A DNA stretch of 63,509 nt, counting the filler, from Folioceros fuciformis (lineage: Eukaryota): assembly GCA_049999805.1 (NCBI GenBank). It is 9 parts of 9 records of this genome, joined end to end, with 100 filler letters (N's around TTAATTAATTAA, not from the genome) between each part and the next. Parts side by side here need not be neighbours in the genome. Positions count along the whole stretch, not along the records: positions 46,971 to 53,634 come from JBNGIO010002900.1; positions 53,735 to 58,268 come from JBNGIO010002902.1; positions 58,369 to 63,509 come from JBNGIO010002908.1; 6 more parts are not named here. One strand, given 5' to 3'. The notes under the pieces are model-generated. The model saw only the letters and a list, made by a program, of their open reading frames with translations, searched no databases and was not told the origin of the DNA. The translations under genes and the position numbers were made by a program. Position 1 is the first letter of the stretch. Each line of letters starts with the position of its first letter. Below are positions 51,259-63,050 of this stretch, one piece after another.

Positions 51259-53331
51259 TGATAAGCAGAATGCTAGAATCGATAGAGAAAGCATCGGTCT
51301 TGCGTAGTGCGCCGTGCGTCTTGCAACTGACACTTACACGTACATGTTCCGTGAAAGAGACATGACGGTTATAATGGTTAGGGTTAGCTAACCTAGACCT
51401 GAACCTAACTAAGGGTAATTAATACCCTATCACTCCCACTCAGTTCGAATGGTTAGTGTAGTTATAGTTCTATACTAATTATCCATCTATCTATTTGTTT
51501 GTTTGTTTGATTAGAAATTTCTAAAACCTTTTAAGAAACTTGAACTAGACCTATAAACGTTGCCCTAGACAAAGAAACTTCGTCGTCGGGCTCCGTTCTT
51601 TGGCCTTCAATCTTCGCGACGCCGCTAGTCTTCACGCCGCTCATCGCCATGCCTGCTGCTCTCCGGATCGGAGATGGTTGTCCCCCGCAAGCTTTTCCCT
51701 GAGGCTCTCAAGCCAAGTGCAGCTGCATGCTCATAGTGTTTTACGCGTCCTAGGGCCTTGGTCAAGATATCCGCTGTCATTCTCTCAGTTGGGCAATAGA
51801 CAACATGGATAATTCCTGCTGCGGCCATCTCTCGGATGAATCTATGCTGGATTTCAATATGTTTGGTGCGGGCATGAAACCTGGGATTCATAGTGAGTGC
51901 TATCGCACTCTGATTGTCACAGATTAGCGTGATGGGGAGCTATTGTTCGAAGCCGACCTCGTGCAATGCTCCCACTGTCCACACAACCTTCTTGGTTGCT
52001 TTTGTAAGACTTTTAAACTCTGCCTCTGTGCTGGATAGAGCTATGGTGGTTTGTTTCTTACTGCTCCATCCTACTGCAGCACCTGCCAGGAGAGTAACGT
52101 AGCTGGAGACGCTGCGACGGTCATCTGGGTCCCCAGCCCAGTCGGCGTCGCTGTATGCCACAAGGGTGAGTGGCTTCTCTGCCTTGCAAGTGTAAAGCAA
52201 GCCCCAGTTTGACGTGCCTTGCAGGTATCTGTACTGTCTGGTCATCAGGTCACTGTGAGAGGCATTCGGATTTGACACAAACCTAGACGTCAGCCCCGAG
52301 GTGAAGCTAATGTTTGGTTTGGATCCTATCATGAGATGCATTGTGCTGCCGTTCCTGGATGGATAATCTGCTACAGCTGCCAGCTCCTCCTCAGGTGGAT
52401 TTCCTTCTTGAGCCCGATACTTAACATTTTGTTCAGCAGGTGTTGCCATCGGTTTGCAATTTTGCATTCCGTATCTCTCTAGAATCTCTCTTGTATACTT
52501 CGCCTGATGCAGGAAAATCATCCCTGCCTGCCTGTTTCTGACTAGGTGCATCCCAAGACAATAGTGTAAGGCTCCAGCATCTGTCATTTTAAATTTAGCA
52601 CTCAGTTGCTCCTTCAGAGTCCTTATCTCACTCCAGGAATTGCTCATGACGATTAGGTCATCTATGTATACAGCCAGTGCTATGAACTTCCTTCCCTGTC
52701 TCTTGACATACACATTGCTGTCCGCATGAAGGCTTAGGAAACCTAGTGCCTTCAGAAATGCATCTATTCTTGCATACCAGGCTCGAGGGCTCTGCTTCAG
52801 CCCGTAGATAGTCTTCTTGAGCTTGTAGACAGGTCGAGGAATCCTTGTGGTGACTGCAACCCCTTCAGGTACGTCCATGTAAATTTCTTCATCAAGGTTT
52901 CCATACAGGAATGCTGTTTTTGACATCCAGCTGTTCTAATTCCAGGTCTTCCACAGCTGCTAGGGCAACGAAGAGTCTCAAGGTTGTAAGCTTGACAACT
53001 GGGCTAAATGTGTCGTCATAATCAATGCCAGGTATTTGTGAATACCCCTTTGCTACAACCCTACCCTCGTATCGCTCTACACTTCCGTTTGTGAATACCC
53101 CTTTGCTACAACCCTACCCTTGTATCGCTCGACACTTCCGTCTGCCTTCATTTATTTTGAATACCCATTTACAGCCGACTGCTTTGCGGCCTACTAGCAG
53201 GCTGGTTAATGTCCATGTGTCTTTTTCATGCAAGGACGCAAGCTCCGAGTCTATTGCAACCTTCCACAAGTTAGAATCTGGGTAGGACATAGCCTCCGCA
53301 TAGGATTGAGGCTCATATAGTTGTGCATTTG
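51259..53331 (-). mobile_element. Copia RT and RNase H with 3' LTR (51259-51432)
   Basis: TGATA...TATCA LTR, PPT AGTGGGAG, YIDD, YSDADWAGD, RTKHIEIQH. A 53-bp tandem duplication lies at ~53035-53141. Confidence 0.92.
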
Positions 53332-53634
53332 TGTGGAGGCAAAACCTCGGGCACTGATTGCCAACGGGTTCCACCTTTAGTGGCCACACTTATCCCACTG
53401 TCGTTGAGACATTGGGTTTCGTTCCCACGAAGGAGCGATGGGGTTCCTTGCTGCTGTGGATGGAGGGTCGGACTTGATCGACTCGATGATGGATTCGAGG
53501 GCTCCCCTCCAGCTCCGATTAGGCGAAGGACAGGCCTCGCTGTCCGGCGGTCAGCTGCACCTCTCTCGGTGCCCACAAACTCACTCCAGTCACTACAACG
53601 ACCCTAACCTCTTAGATCTGCGACTTCCCTCACT
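53332..53634 (+). mobile_element. Long-LTR start (family of 8738-10142)
   Basis: Starts TGTGGAGGC; inverted copy of ~9840-10142. Confidence 0.85.
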
Positions 53635-53914
53635 NNNNNNNNNNNNNNNNNNNNNNNNNNNNNNNNNNNNNNNNNNNNTTAATTAATTAANNNNNNNNNN
53701 NNNNNNNNNNNNNNNNNNNNNNNNNNNNNNNNNNTGTTGAAGGTGGCCGCTTCCCCTTCGATAGCACTGCGTGAAACAGCCGCTACAGCGGATCCGGTCC
53801 TTTTTCCTTTCTTCTCTCATTCTCAGTTGCAGCCAGAATCGTCATTTTCTGTTGAAGCCCACAAATCTCTCAATTTCTGTTGAAGCCAACAATTCTCTAG
53901 TTCAGGTACGAGCG

Positions 53915-54703
53915 ATGCAGAAATCAGGGGCGCGGCCGAGAGATTCTGAGTTGCAGATGCAGATGCGGGACGACATCAGCCAGAGGTCGCTTCGGTTGTT
54001 CGCCGACGGCCAGCTTGACAGCCAGGTGCAGAAGCTACACATGTTGTGCACCTTAGTCATGGCGTGTTCATTCACCGCGGTCCTGCAGCCTCCGGGGGGC
54101 GTCAGTACGGACACAAGAGACTTTGACAAGTTTAAGCCAGGACAGGCAAATCTGCTGCCGGAGTCGACAGTTTTCTGGATCTTTACCGTCGCGAATAGCT
54201 GTGCCATGTCGTTTTCTTATGTCGCTGTCCTCATCTCCTTTGTGTTCCCGCCCAGCATGATTTCGTGGTGTGGGACAGCGCTCTGCTTTGTTTCTGTCCA
54301 TTGCTTCGTTGCCGCATTTTGTGCGTCGCTGTCGATCGTCTTGGGCCAGGAGAGGACCACTTTCATCATCGGTGCTTTCTTGTTCAATCTCTGCTTGATC
54401 CTCCTCTTCATCTGCGGCAGCGTGTACGGCGGATGCAAGATAATCTGGGACTTGATCCTCCTCTTCATCTGCGGCAGCGTGTACGGCGGATGCAAGAGAA
54501 TCTGGGACTTGATCCTCCTCTTCATCTGCGGCGTGTACAGCGGATGCAAGAGAACCTGGGGGTCTACTTCGCGTACGAGCCCAGACATCGTCGCTTCAGA
54601 TGGAGCTGGCGAGCCTGAAGTTATTTCTGGTGAAGGAGCTGGCGAGTCTGAGAGTTCCCAGTATGTCAAGGTCCAATGCACACAAGTTGATGAAGAGTTA
54701 TAA
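53915..54703 (+). CDS. PGG-domain multi-pass membrane protein (ACD6/ankyrin-PGG-type TM domain), no ankyrin repeats visible
   Basis: LCTLVMACSFTAVLQPPGGV...FWIFTVANSCAMSFS...FVAAF matches the PGG pattern. Uninterrupted ORF. The start (first ATG) is uncertain. Confidence 0.85.
   Translation: MQKSGARPRDSELQMQMRDDISQRSLRLFADGQLDSQVQKLHMLCTLVMACSFTAVLQPPGGVSTDTRDFDKFKPGQANLLPESTVFWIFTVANSCAMSFSYVAVLISFVFPPSMISWCGTALCFVSVHCFVAAFCASLSIVLGQERTTFIIGAFLFNLCLILLFICGSVYGGCKIIWDLILLFICGSVYGGCKRIWDLILLFICGVYSGCKRTWGSTSRTSPDIVASDGAGEPEVISGEGAGESESSQYVKVQCTQVDEEL
54394..54560 (+). repeat. 57-bp in-frame tandem repeat, ~3 copies, inside the PGG gene
   Basis: Units start at 54394, 54451 and 54508 and encode LILLFICGSVYGGCK(I/R)IWD. 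Confidence 0.95.
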
Positions 54704-55205
54704 ACTTTAGCGGGATTGAGCACAGGATTAGATAAACTTTGAGGGCAGCGCAGGGATCGTGTGGGATTAAGCATCTGCGTTCAGATTCGGAACTATAATT
54801 CCTAAAGTAAAGGTGCTCCAAGTAGCTACGCCTATAGTAATGGCATGGCACGAGCGTAGAAGAGAGGCAAAACCTCCTTCAAAGATAGAGTTGTAATGAT
54901 CACTAGTATTCATAAATGAGTGGTATATATATTCCCACCCACTTAGTTATGGAGTATAAAAAGGCTAAAGTATATAGAATATTATATATAGATATTTTTA
55001 ATATGTATTTTCTATGGGAATACATTGTGGCATCTCAGGAATATTACCATCCTCAACATAGCCATGTCTTCAAACCTACGTGTACACTGTGTAGGGATTT
55101 TTTTTCTATCACTCTAATCGGCATGTGGACCGACAGGATACGTCCTTTGTTCTTTAATTCGTTTAATACACACAGTGTTTTTAGATTCATCCCAATTGAC
55201 ATTGT

Positions 55206-55320
55206 TGTGAGGGAGGGCTCCCAATTGCCATAGCCGGAGGGCTCCCGATTGACACCCTGTCGCGAGTGAGGGCTCCCTATTGCCACCGCCGTGAGGGAGG
55301 GCTCTTGATTGACACCCCGG
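55206..55320. repeat. Four imperfect ~28-30-bp repeats
   Basis: Core GAGGGCTC(C/T)..ATTG(C/A)CA occurs four times. Confidence 0.75.
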
Positions 55321-55430
55321 TTTGGGCAGGTTCTACATTGGAGTGGCGAAAACTTAGATAGTTAGGGCTGTGCATGGAGGTGACATATGTGTCCACAGCA
55401 GATAGCACAGTGAACGCAGAGGTCTAAAGG

Positions 55431-55630
55431 AAGGATGATAAACCGTGGATGCTGAACCCACAAGCCCTAGCCCTCACTAGAAGGATGATAAACCATGGAT
55501 GTTGAACCCACAAGCCCTAACCCTCACTAGAAAGATGATGAACCGTGGATGCTGAACCCACAAGCCCTAGCTTTCACGAGAAGGATGATAAACTGTGGAT
55601 GCTAAACCCACAAGCCCTAGCCCTCACTGG
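55431..55630. repeat. 50-bp tandem repeat, 4 copies
   Basis: Unit AAGGATGATAAACCGTGGATGCTGAACCCACAAGCCCTAGCCCTCACTAG. Confidence 0.95.
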
Positions 55631-56074
55631 AAAAATTGAATGAGTGCGAGTAGAGAGATGGACCCAAACGTGAGGGAGGGCACAAAGTAGATGTCCCGAT
55701 CGGGATACGTACTTGGCTCTATGTGCAAAATGTTTGGACCGTGTATTGTGGAAGGCACCCCCGACAGTCTCGATATTCCATAGCACTAAGGCCTTGAGAT
55801 AGACTTCCTTAAAGAGCAAGCTTATTAAACGAGTCAAGGACTTGTGAGGTAGAGTCAAGGCAGTAGCGAGAAGAGCAGCTGTTAGGAGGTGGTCTGCGAC
55901 CTGTTTATATTTCTTTGCTACTTGCTCCGGTGGTTTTCTCTTTGTCAGTCTTTCTCTAATGAAGATATCCCTTGTTCTCTTTTCCAGAGCGCTATGAAAT
56001 GTCAAAAAATGTCATGTTTGCATGTCATTCTGTTTGCAGTTTGAAATGGTCTTTACGGGAGTCCTATCAAGAGG

Positions 56075-57685
56075 ATGAATGAGATGCCAAAGGACGTGGC
56101 CCCCGTTCTGCCCAGCCGCCCCACCTCCAGAGCTCGCCTGCCGTCTTTTTTGCGCGTCAAGAGGACTGCGCTGCCGCTGGCCGATGCTGCAGAGGCGTCG
56201 GCCTGGCACGAGGACGGGAGGACCGGCCACATAGAGGAGGTGGAGGAGGCTACCGTCCCTGGCCACGTCGCAGAGCCGGAGTCGGTGGGCGTCAGCCCTG
56301 ATTTGCCGCGAACATGTGCTGCCTCGGCCAGCCAAGGCGCGGCTGCATTTTCCGGCCCCCATCTGCTCAGCGTTCAGTCGTTGCACATGTCCTGGCTCCC
56401 CTCCTCCACGCCCGCATCGCCTTCCCAGTTGGATGCAGGAGCAATTCATACTGCATCGTCGCCTGTCGGTGTTACTGGAGTTCCGCCAGCTGTGCTCATT
56501 TCGGGAGATGGAGTGGGAGGGTTTAGGAGTCCCGGCCTGCTTCTTGAGTCCCCGACGGTGTCCGGTCCCACGGTTATTAGTGCTAAGCTAGATTTAGAGC
56601 CTCCGGGAAGGGAAGCTGTCGAAGAGTTGGACAACAGGTCTTCAAACACCGTCGACGTGCTCAACTCTAGCAGATGCTGATTCTGATCCTGGAGAAAAGT
56701 GCGCAGCAGCCAAGACTGAGGCCGTGAATTTGACTGTCGGTGTGCTTTGGGATGTAGTCTCGAGTTGTTCAGCAGGCCCAAGGCGAGCGGAATTATGACA
56801 TTTTATCAGCTCTGTTCTGGGGTTGATGCGTCTCTTTGAGGTATTGCCGAATTTGGCCACCTTTAAAAAGTATTGATTAGCAGAGGTCTCTTCTGCCTTG
56901 CATCGGGTATTCATAACTTTTCTTGAACTCTACGTGGAGAGATTGTGGGTCAGGCCAGCCGAGCATAATCGGTTCTTGAACCAGAGTGATTGTATGCGGA
57001 TCGAGAATGTGAATGATGCACACCAGTTTCATGCTGTTATGGTAAGCGATGAGTGTTTAAATGCTCGATGCGACCTGGTTATATCTCTTTGCTACTTTGC
57101 TCCGGTGCTTTTCTGTTTGTCAGTCTTGTTCTCTAACGACGATATGCCTTGTTCTCTGTTTCCAGAGCGCAATGAATGTTGTGCAGATCAGCGAAGAGGA
57201 TCAAGAAGTTGCGTTTGCTACGATTTCAGCAGTGCTCTGGATTGGAAGCATTTCCTTCCATGTGGTGGATAATGATGGTCGTGTGAATGTGGTTGAGGAT
57301 GAAGGTGAGTAGGGCCAGCGGATTCTCAGATTGTTTGGTGTAAGTCATACGTCACAAATTTCAGTTCCATTTTGCTGCAAGGGTACTCTGTCATTTCTCA
57401 GCTCTTGAAGTAGCTGCACATTTGTTGCCATGCAAAGCGGAAGACCTGCCTTCAGCTATGTGCTTAAGAAAGATGCGAGCCGGGTCTGATGACGCAGTTC
57501 TAAGCCTTAACCTCGCCGAGGTATGGTGTGTTCCGTTAAGCTTTTGTCCAGATAGTGTTTCTGTGGTGAATTCCGTTCATTGTGTGCTCACCTTTGTAAA
57601 GCCTTATGTGTTGTCACGCTGCCGACCCTAGAGATGCACGGGCTAAATCTGTCTATGTAGGACTGTTTGAGTGGCTGTTGGATGT
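56075..57685 (+). pseudogene. Myosin VIII pseudogene (N-terminal exon plus five motor-domain exons)
   Basis: PKDVAPVLPSRPTSRARLPS is the class VIII N-terminal motif. Exons: 56758-56840 SRVVQQAQGERNY..YQLC; ~56938-57041 FLNQSDC..VNDA; 57166-57304 AVLWIGSISF; 57402-57520; ~57618 RDARAKSVY.GLFEWL. Carries a frameshift, stops and lost acceptors. Confidence 0.9.
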
Positions 57686-57893
57686 CCCTGGAAGGGAGCA
57701 AGCACAAGAACCCGGCATTAGCCTCCAACAATTGCGAACAACTCTAACAATTCCAAAGTGCTATGCCTCCAACAATTGTATATGGTATGAGACTACAAAT
57801 GAAGTCCAAGCTTTTACCAGCATAGCCTCAGCTTGATATACATCTATAGTTGTAGCTGCATAGTCTCTATGATCTGGTTGCATTGGTACAAAG

Positions 57894-60800
57894 TTTTTCG
57901 CGAAGAAAAAGATTCTGATAATTATTAGAAGATATCATCCTCTTACAATATTAGGGGACCTTGCTTAGGTATTTATAGCATGAGTATCATGATCGAGAGA
58001 AAAAAAACCAACCTCGTGTCTAGACCTCAGGTGAGGACGTAGAAAACGCTCCCCACCACCTTGATAATAGTAGTCTGCTAAGACCATTCAAACTTAAACC
58101 TCAAATTCACCCGAAGACCATGGGAGCTCACCTTCCCCAGGGGCAGGCATGATTCCAGTGTTCATCATTCCCAAGCATTAAGAAACCCGCCATCCTCCAC
58201 TCTCTCCGCTTAAACTGTTTCCGATGGTCTCGTGCACCCCACACACATTACACACCTCGCCTCCGGGGNNNNNNNNNNNNNNNNNNNNNNNNNNNNNNNN
58301 NNNNNNNNNNNNTTAATTAATTAANNNNNNNNNNNNNNNNNNNNNNNNNNNNNNNNNNNNNNNNNNNNCCCGAGCATGCCCACATCTCCTTCTCCATGCT
58401 GAAAACCAGGGATCTTTTACACCCATCTGTCACCGATCCGCCTGCTAGCATCTCGTCTTGCGCCTCAGGCCATGCCCTTTGCACTTCAGCAGAGGTCACC
58501 GCCTGCTCTCCCGCCAAGGCGTCACTATCTACTGCTTCAACGAATTCATTCTGGAGTTTGTTAGTGAGACTGTCAATCGAAGAACCCGCCTCACCCCGCA
58601 AATTTTTTGCCTGGAGAGTTGCGTCGGTGCATGCCAACTAGTCTACCACAGCCTCGAGCCCAGACTGATCACAACCTACAACACTCCCTAACAGGACCCG
58701 CGCTTCCGACCTGGCTTGAGGAACCTGCACAAATCCTCCTTGGGCTCTTCCATAGTGATGTCCACCACATCCCTGCCACACCCCACCCTGATCCCGACCC
58801 TCTACGGGGGTCGTGGACGCCTCGGCTTGCAAGCCTTCCTCAGCAAAAACCACTGCGGCGTCTTGATCTCGCAGAGAGCCCAACTCCGTGCCTACATCAT
58901 CACACTTAGGAAGCGATGAGAGAAGCTCAGTCTCAGAGCTCGCACACTTGCGTTCGCAAAACCTGCCTAGGCTGCTCTACAGCACCAGCCCCAACATCTG
59001 GATGGACCGCCATCGAGCCCCATCCTTCCCCCTTGCACTGCTCTCCCTTCCCGGACAGTGACGTAGGGAAGGTTTGGAGCCGGTGTTCGATCAGCTCCTC
59101 GCCAAATTGGAAGCGACACCGTTCGGGAGCTTCCCAGCTTGACACCCTCCAGAAGTCTCCTGGGAGCCCCGTAGTGATCGCCAGGATTGCAAGGCCTCCT
59201 GCCTGACCACTCCTTTATCACTGATGTGCTCCACCTCCTACATCTACCGAGCAGTAAGTTCATCCTCCTCCATTGATAAGGCAGAACTAGTGCCTGGTCC
59301 CGGCAACGGGTAGCTAGCACGCCATGCTTCTAGAGGCTGGGAGGTGGGAATCCCCGGGGCAGAGTTCCCTGCGCTGCCCCCCACCTCTGACGACGTCCCA
59401 CTGGCTCCTTCCCCAATCCCCTTCCCGTTAAGTGGCACATCGTCCAATGGAGGGCTCACCCCACCTTGCTGGGCCAAGGGAGCAGCCCTACCCCCTGGAC
59501 CTACATACTGATCAGGTTGTCTTTCACCTCCAGACCCTTGCTGACAACTTGGAAAGACTCCGTCGTCCACCGCGTTCCCCAGACGTGGCACTAGTTTGCG
59601 CTTCTCCACCCTAGCCAAGAAACTGTGGAGCTTCCCTGCCTTGAGATTCTGAAAATCCCTCTGCCGCTCCCCATGAGAGGTTGACCTGGTTGTTTGCCTC
59701 TGTCTTTGGCTCCCCAGTGTGTGAGGTAGTCCCAACGCCCCCTGGAAGACTGTCTTACCAGCTGCCTTACTTATCCCACCCTGCAATTTTTCGGAGTCCA
59801 ATCCCTGCAAGGCTTGCTTCCTGCAGGGTAGTAAAAGACGCCTGCTGTGCTGCGGGGTTGTTGAGCTAATGAGCATTTCCCCTTTGATGAACCCCCCCGA
59901 TATAACCCTTGTCTTTTGTTGCTAGACCTTTAAAACCTTTTGTTGGGTGACGCACTACCGACGTCCACACTGTTGGAGTCCTCTTCCATAGGCATCGTAG
60001 CCTCAGCTGTCATATCCTCTGCCCATCTTAGCTCCCAACTGCCGGGGAGTTTAATCGATATCATGGAGAAGCCCAAGAAAACCAAGATGTGCCTTGAAAA
60101 CCACTCTAGAAGCTAGAGTCACCGTACCTTTGCCAAATTTCCCATCCTTGATGTAAGCCAGCAACTGGGGCTCCCCCATCCACTGCGAAACCTTGAAGCC
60201 CCGGATTCGACATTCGTCCTTCAACTCAATCAAGGTATTCACGAATACGATAGAGGAGCTATCCTCCAGTTTGTGACACACCAAACTATGCCATGCCCCT
60301 TGCAGATCATGCTAATAGCTTGCTCATCAAACCCCAAACCCGCCTGCAGCATGCCCTTGACTTTTAGTCTGGGAGTAGACCAGAGCCCAGTCGACCCGCA
60401 GGTCGTTTGTAGGGTTAATAAAGCCCAATGTGCTTAGACTAATGTGTTTAGTCTAAGATTAATGTCTAGTTAAGTATGATTAGTTTAGATTAGCTTAAGC
60501 TAATCTGTAGTAAGCTTCTTGCGCAGCATCCTGTGCACTTTTTGTGAAGCTTCCTAGGGAGCTCTTCTAGAGCGTATAAATACCCCCTTGAGCTCCCTTG
60601 CTATAGAGACTCTATTGTGACAGTGTGACCTCTCTTTCTCCTCCTCCTTGCCTCTCCTCCTTCCCATGTAGCTCCTTCTAGCGATCCTTCATGGTCTGGA
60701 ATGAGCGTGTAGGTAAGGCTTTGAGATCTCCCCCCTTCGGCATCCAGTAAAAGTAAGTGTTACCCATTTTCTTCCTGAGGAGAACACACAACTTAGCCTG

Positions 60801-61880
60801 TGCATTGTGTACGCACCCGCTCCCCGAGAAGAACACTTCCTGAACTCGTTTTGCCCACAACTGCGTTCCCAGGTTAGTTCTCTAGAGCTTTGTAGGGGCA
60901 CCTTTGAAGCCAGGTAGGGGGCTAGAATGTGCCTTCTCCGAAATCTCACCCCGACCTCCTGATCCAGCCCGTAAAGGACAAGCCTGCTTGAAATGATTAT
61001 GCAAGCCACACACTCTGCACCGGATGGGAAGATCCGGGTAATCAAAAAGCTGTGTAAAACTCTTAGACGAATCCTCCGGATCACAAATAACGACACCTTC
61101 AGGCAGATCTTGGAGGCTGTCGGCCCTCACTCCGAAACGGGGTGGTTTGTTGCTGTCAAAGAATCTGGAGTCCACCTTAGGGACCTCCACCACCCTGCCA
61201 ATGGTCCCCAGAATTGTGCAAACCAGTGGGACGAGCGGAACCGGCAAAGCAAGAAGACCCACCCATAGGAAATGCCGCTTGATTTTAGACTGCATGATGG
61301 AATTCCCGGGGGACCAGGCCTCTACCACCATCGATATTGATTCTCGGATAGACAATGTTGTATGTAGAAGAGCCTGAGCCCCAGCGGCCTCATCACACTT
61401 AATCTGGAAAGAACCGTCTGCTTTCAAGAAAACATACGCTAGATGGAGGGCATCCCGTTACCCGAGCCACCCACTCCTCTAGTTCCTCCATGGTAGGAGG
61501 ACTTCCAGACATATGGCGCCCCACAACCGAGCTGGCAGAGAGCTTGTCCTCCTCTCTTTGAAAAAATCTCACCCTAAGTGAGCACATCCGCTAGCGGACC
61601 CAGCCTTAACCCTGTACCCACTTTTGTGGAGTTCGAGACATATGCTTGGGAGGGGCCCGGCTGTACCTAAGCCTACACACACTCCACCTCAGGAGGCCGT
61701 ACCTGCAATTCTTTCTCTGTCTCGGCCTTTGTCCAGCAAGTGTCAGAGGGATTAGCAACCTTCTCCCCCTCATTTTGCCCCGGTGCCTTCTGTTTATTAG
61801 AACACATGCCAACTATTGCCACCCATGAGCCAGCTGTTGAGCCCCCCCGTGGGGGGCTCAGCGCCTCCATTGAGCCACCT
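57894..61880 (-). mobile_element. L1-type LINE pieces: 3' end (57894-58228) and, across a gap, ORF1 region
   Basis: The tail TTTTTCGCGAAGAAAA resembles that at 1357. ORF1 shows a DUF4283-like segment and CRVCGLHNHFKQAC (CX2CX4HX4C). The two parts may not belong to one element. Confidence 0.82.
60408..60691 (+). mobile_element. Isolated copia LTR inside LINE ORF1
   Basis: Highly similar to 48302-48572; both copies end at GATCCTTCA. TSD is not clean. Confidence 0.85.
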
Positions 61881-61883
61881 AGC

Positions 61884-62374
61884 TAGCTCCCTACCGGTGC
61901 CATCAAAAAACTTGTTGGCCACTTCATTTGCGAATTTGTCCCCGTGCTTTCTTCTTTGCAGATGAGATGAGGTCTTCCAGTTCGTTGCACATCTCAAGCG
62001 CCTTGATCTGATGCCACAGCAGCTCCATGTCAGCCTTGTTTGGCCACCATGACTTCCAGTTACAAAGGGAGATGACGGAGTAGGAAGCTGTTCAGGTGGC
62101 GGATTTCTCATATGGTTGATGCTGCTGCTGCCCATCTCCAAGGAGTCAAAGTTGTTCCATGCCATCCTGTAGGAGAGAGTGGTGACGATGGGAGCGCACT
62201 GCCGCGATTGGAAGAAAAGCCCCTATTGATCTGTCGAAGTCCTGCTTCTGCTAAACGCCAAGTCCCCTTTTTGTAGCCTGAATGAGCAGTCAGCCTGTAG
62301 GCTGTGATCGCAATCAACACCATGGCACAGAAGGTTATCGTGACAAGTAATGACGGCAATTGAAGTGTCGTCAC
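61884..62374 (-). pseudogene. Third antisense TM plus coiled-coil ORF, frameshifted; PPT and LTR start at 62455-62560 on the plus strand
   Basis: TM segment LLVTITFCAMVLIAITAY, then MEQL*LL..ASYSVI..WWPNKADMELL..MCNELE..FANEVANKFFDGTGREL in other frames. GGTTAACAGGGAG|TGTTAG at 62467. Confidence 0.68.
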
Positions 62375-62726
62375 GAGGAAACATGGTGATAGCTAGAGTT
62401 CGTGTGAGCTTGTCCTTCTTCTTCGCTCATGAGCTTCGCCTTTAACCATTGCAGGTTAACAGGGAGTGTTAGGGTTAATTAGTGATTAACTATATATTTA
62501 ACCTGCTTAGGTTAAATTATATTCAAGGGTCATACCCTTAGGGTTGCCCATACATATTGACAAACTTTTTTTTTTTTTTTTAACACTTGAGATATACACA
62601 TATATAGTATTGTACACAAAAGTATCAGCCTCCGGGCTCTCTTGCATATTTTATGCTAAATGACTATCTTCTGATAGTTTACATTGCTCATAGCCCCATG
62701 AGTCACAAGAGCAAAGAGGATGAATA

Positions 62727-63050
62727 GGAGAATACTTATGGACTTTGGCGCTTATCTTGCAAGGGAGAATACTTATGGACTTTGGCGCTTGTCTTGCAAG
62801 GGAGAATACTTATGGACTTTGGCGCTTGTCTTGCAAGGGAGAATACTTATGGACTTTGCCGCTTGTCTTGCAAGGGCGAATACTTATGGACTTTGGCGCT
62901 TGTCTTGCAAGGGAGAATACTTATGGACTTTGGCGCTTCTCTTGCAAGGGAGAATACTTATGGACTTTGGCCCTTGTCTTGCAAGGGAGAATACTTATGG
63001 ACTTTGGCGCTTTTCTTGCAACGGAGAATACTTATGGACTTTTGCGCTTG
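62727..63050. repeat. 37-bp minisatellite, ~8.7 copies
   Basis: Unit GGGAGAATACTTATGGACTTTGGCGCTTGTCTTGCAA, head-to-tail, no spacers. Confidence 0.97.

Noticed and set aside
62245-62270. TWRLA match between the 62108 and 16438 ORFs
   Set aside because: It is probably in the shifted frame of the 62-kb copy; treated as coincidence.
62727-63050. CRISPR array
   Set aside because: The 37-bp units are contiguous with no spacers, no cas genes are present, and the context is eukaryotic.
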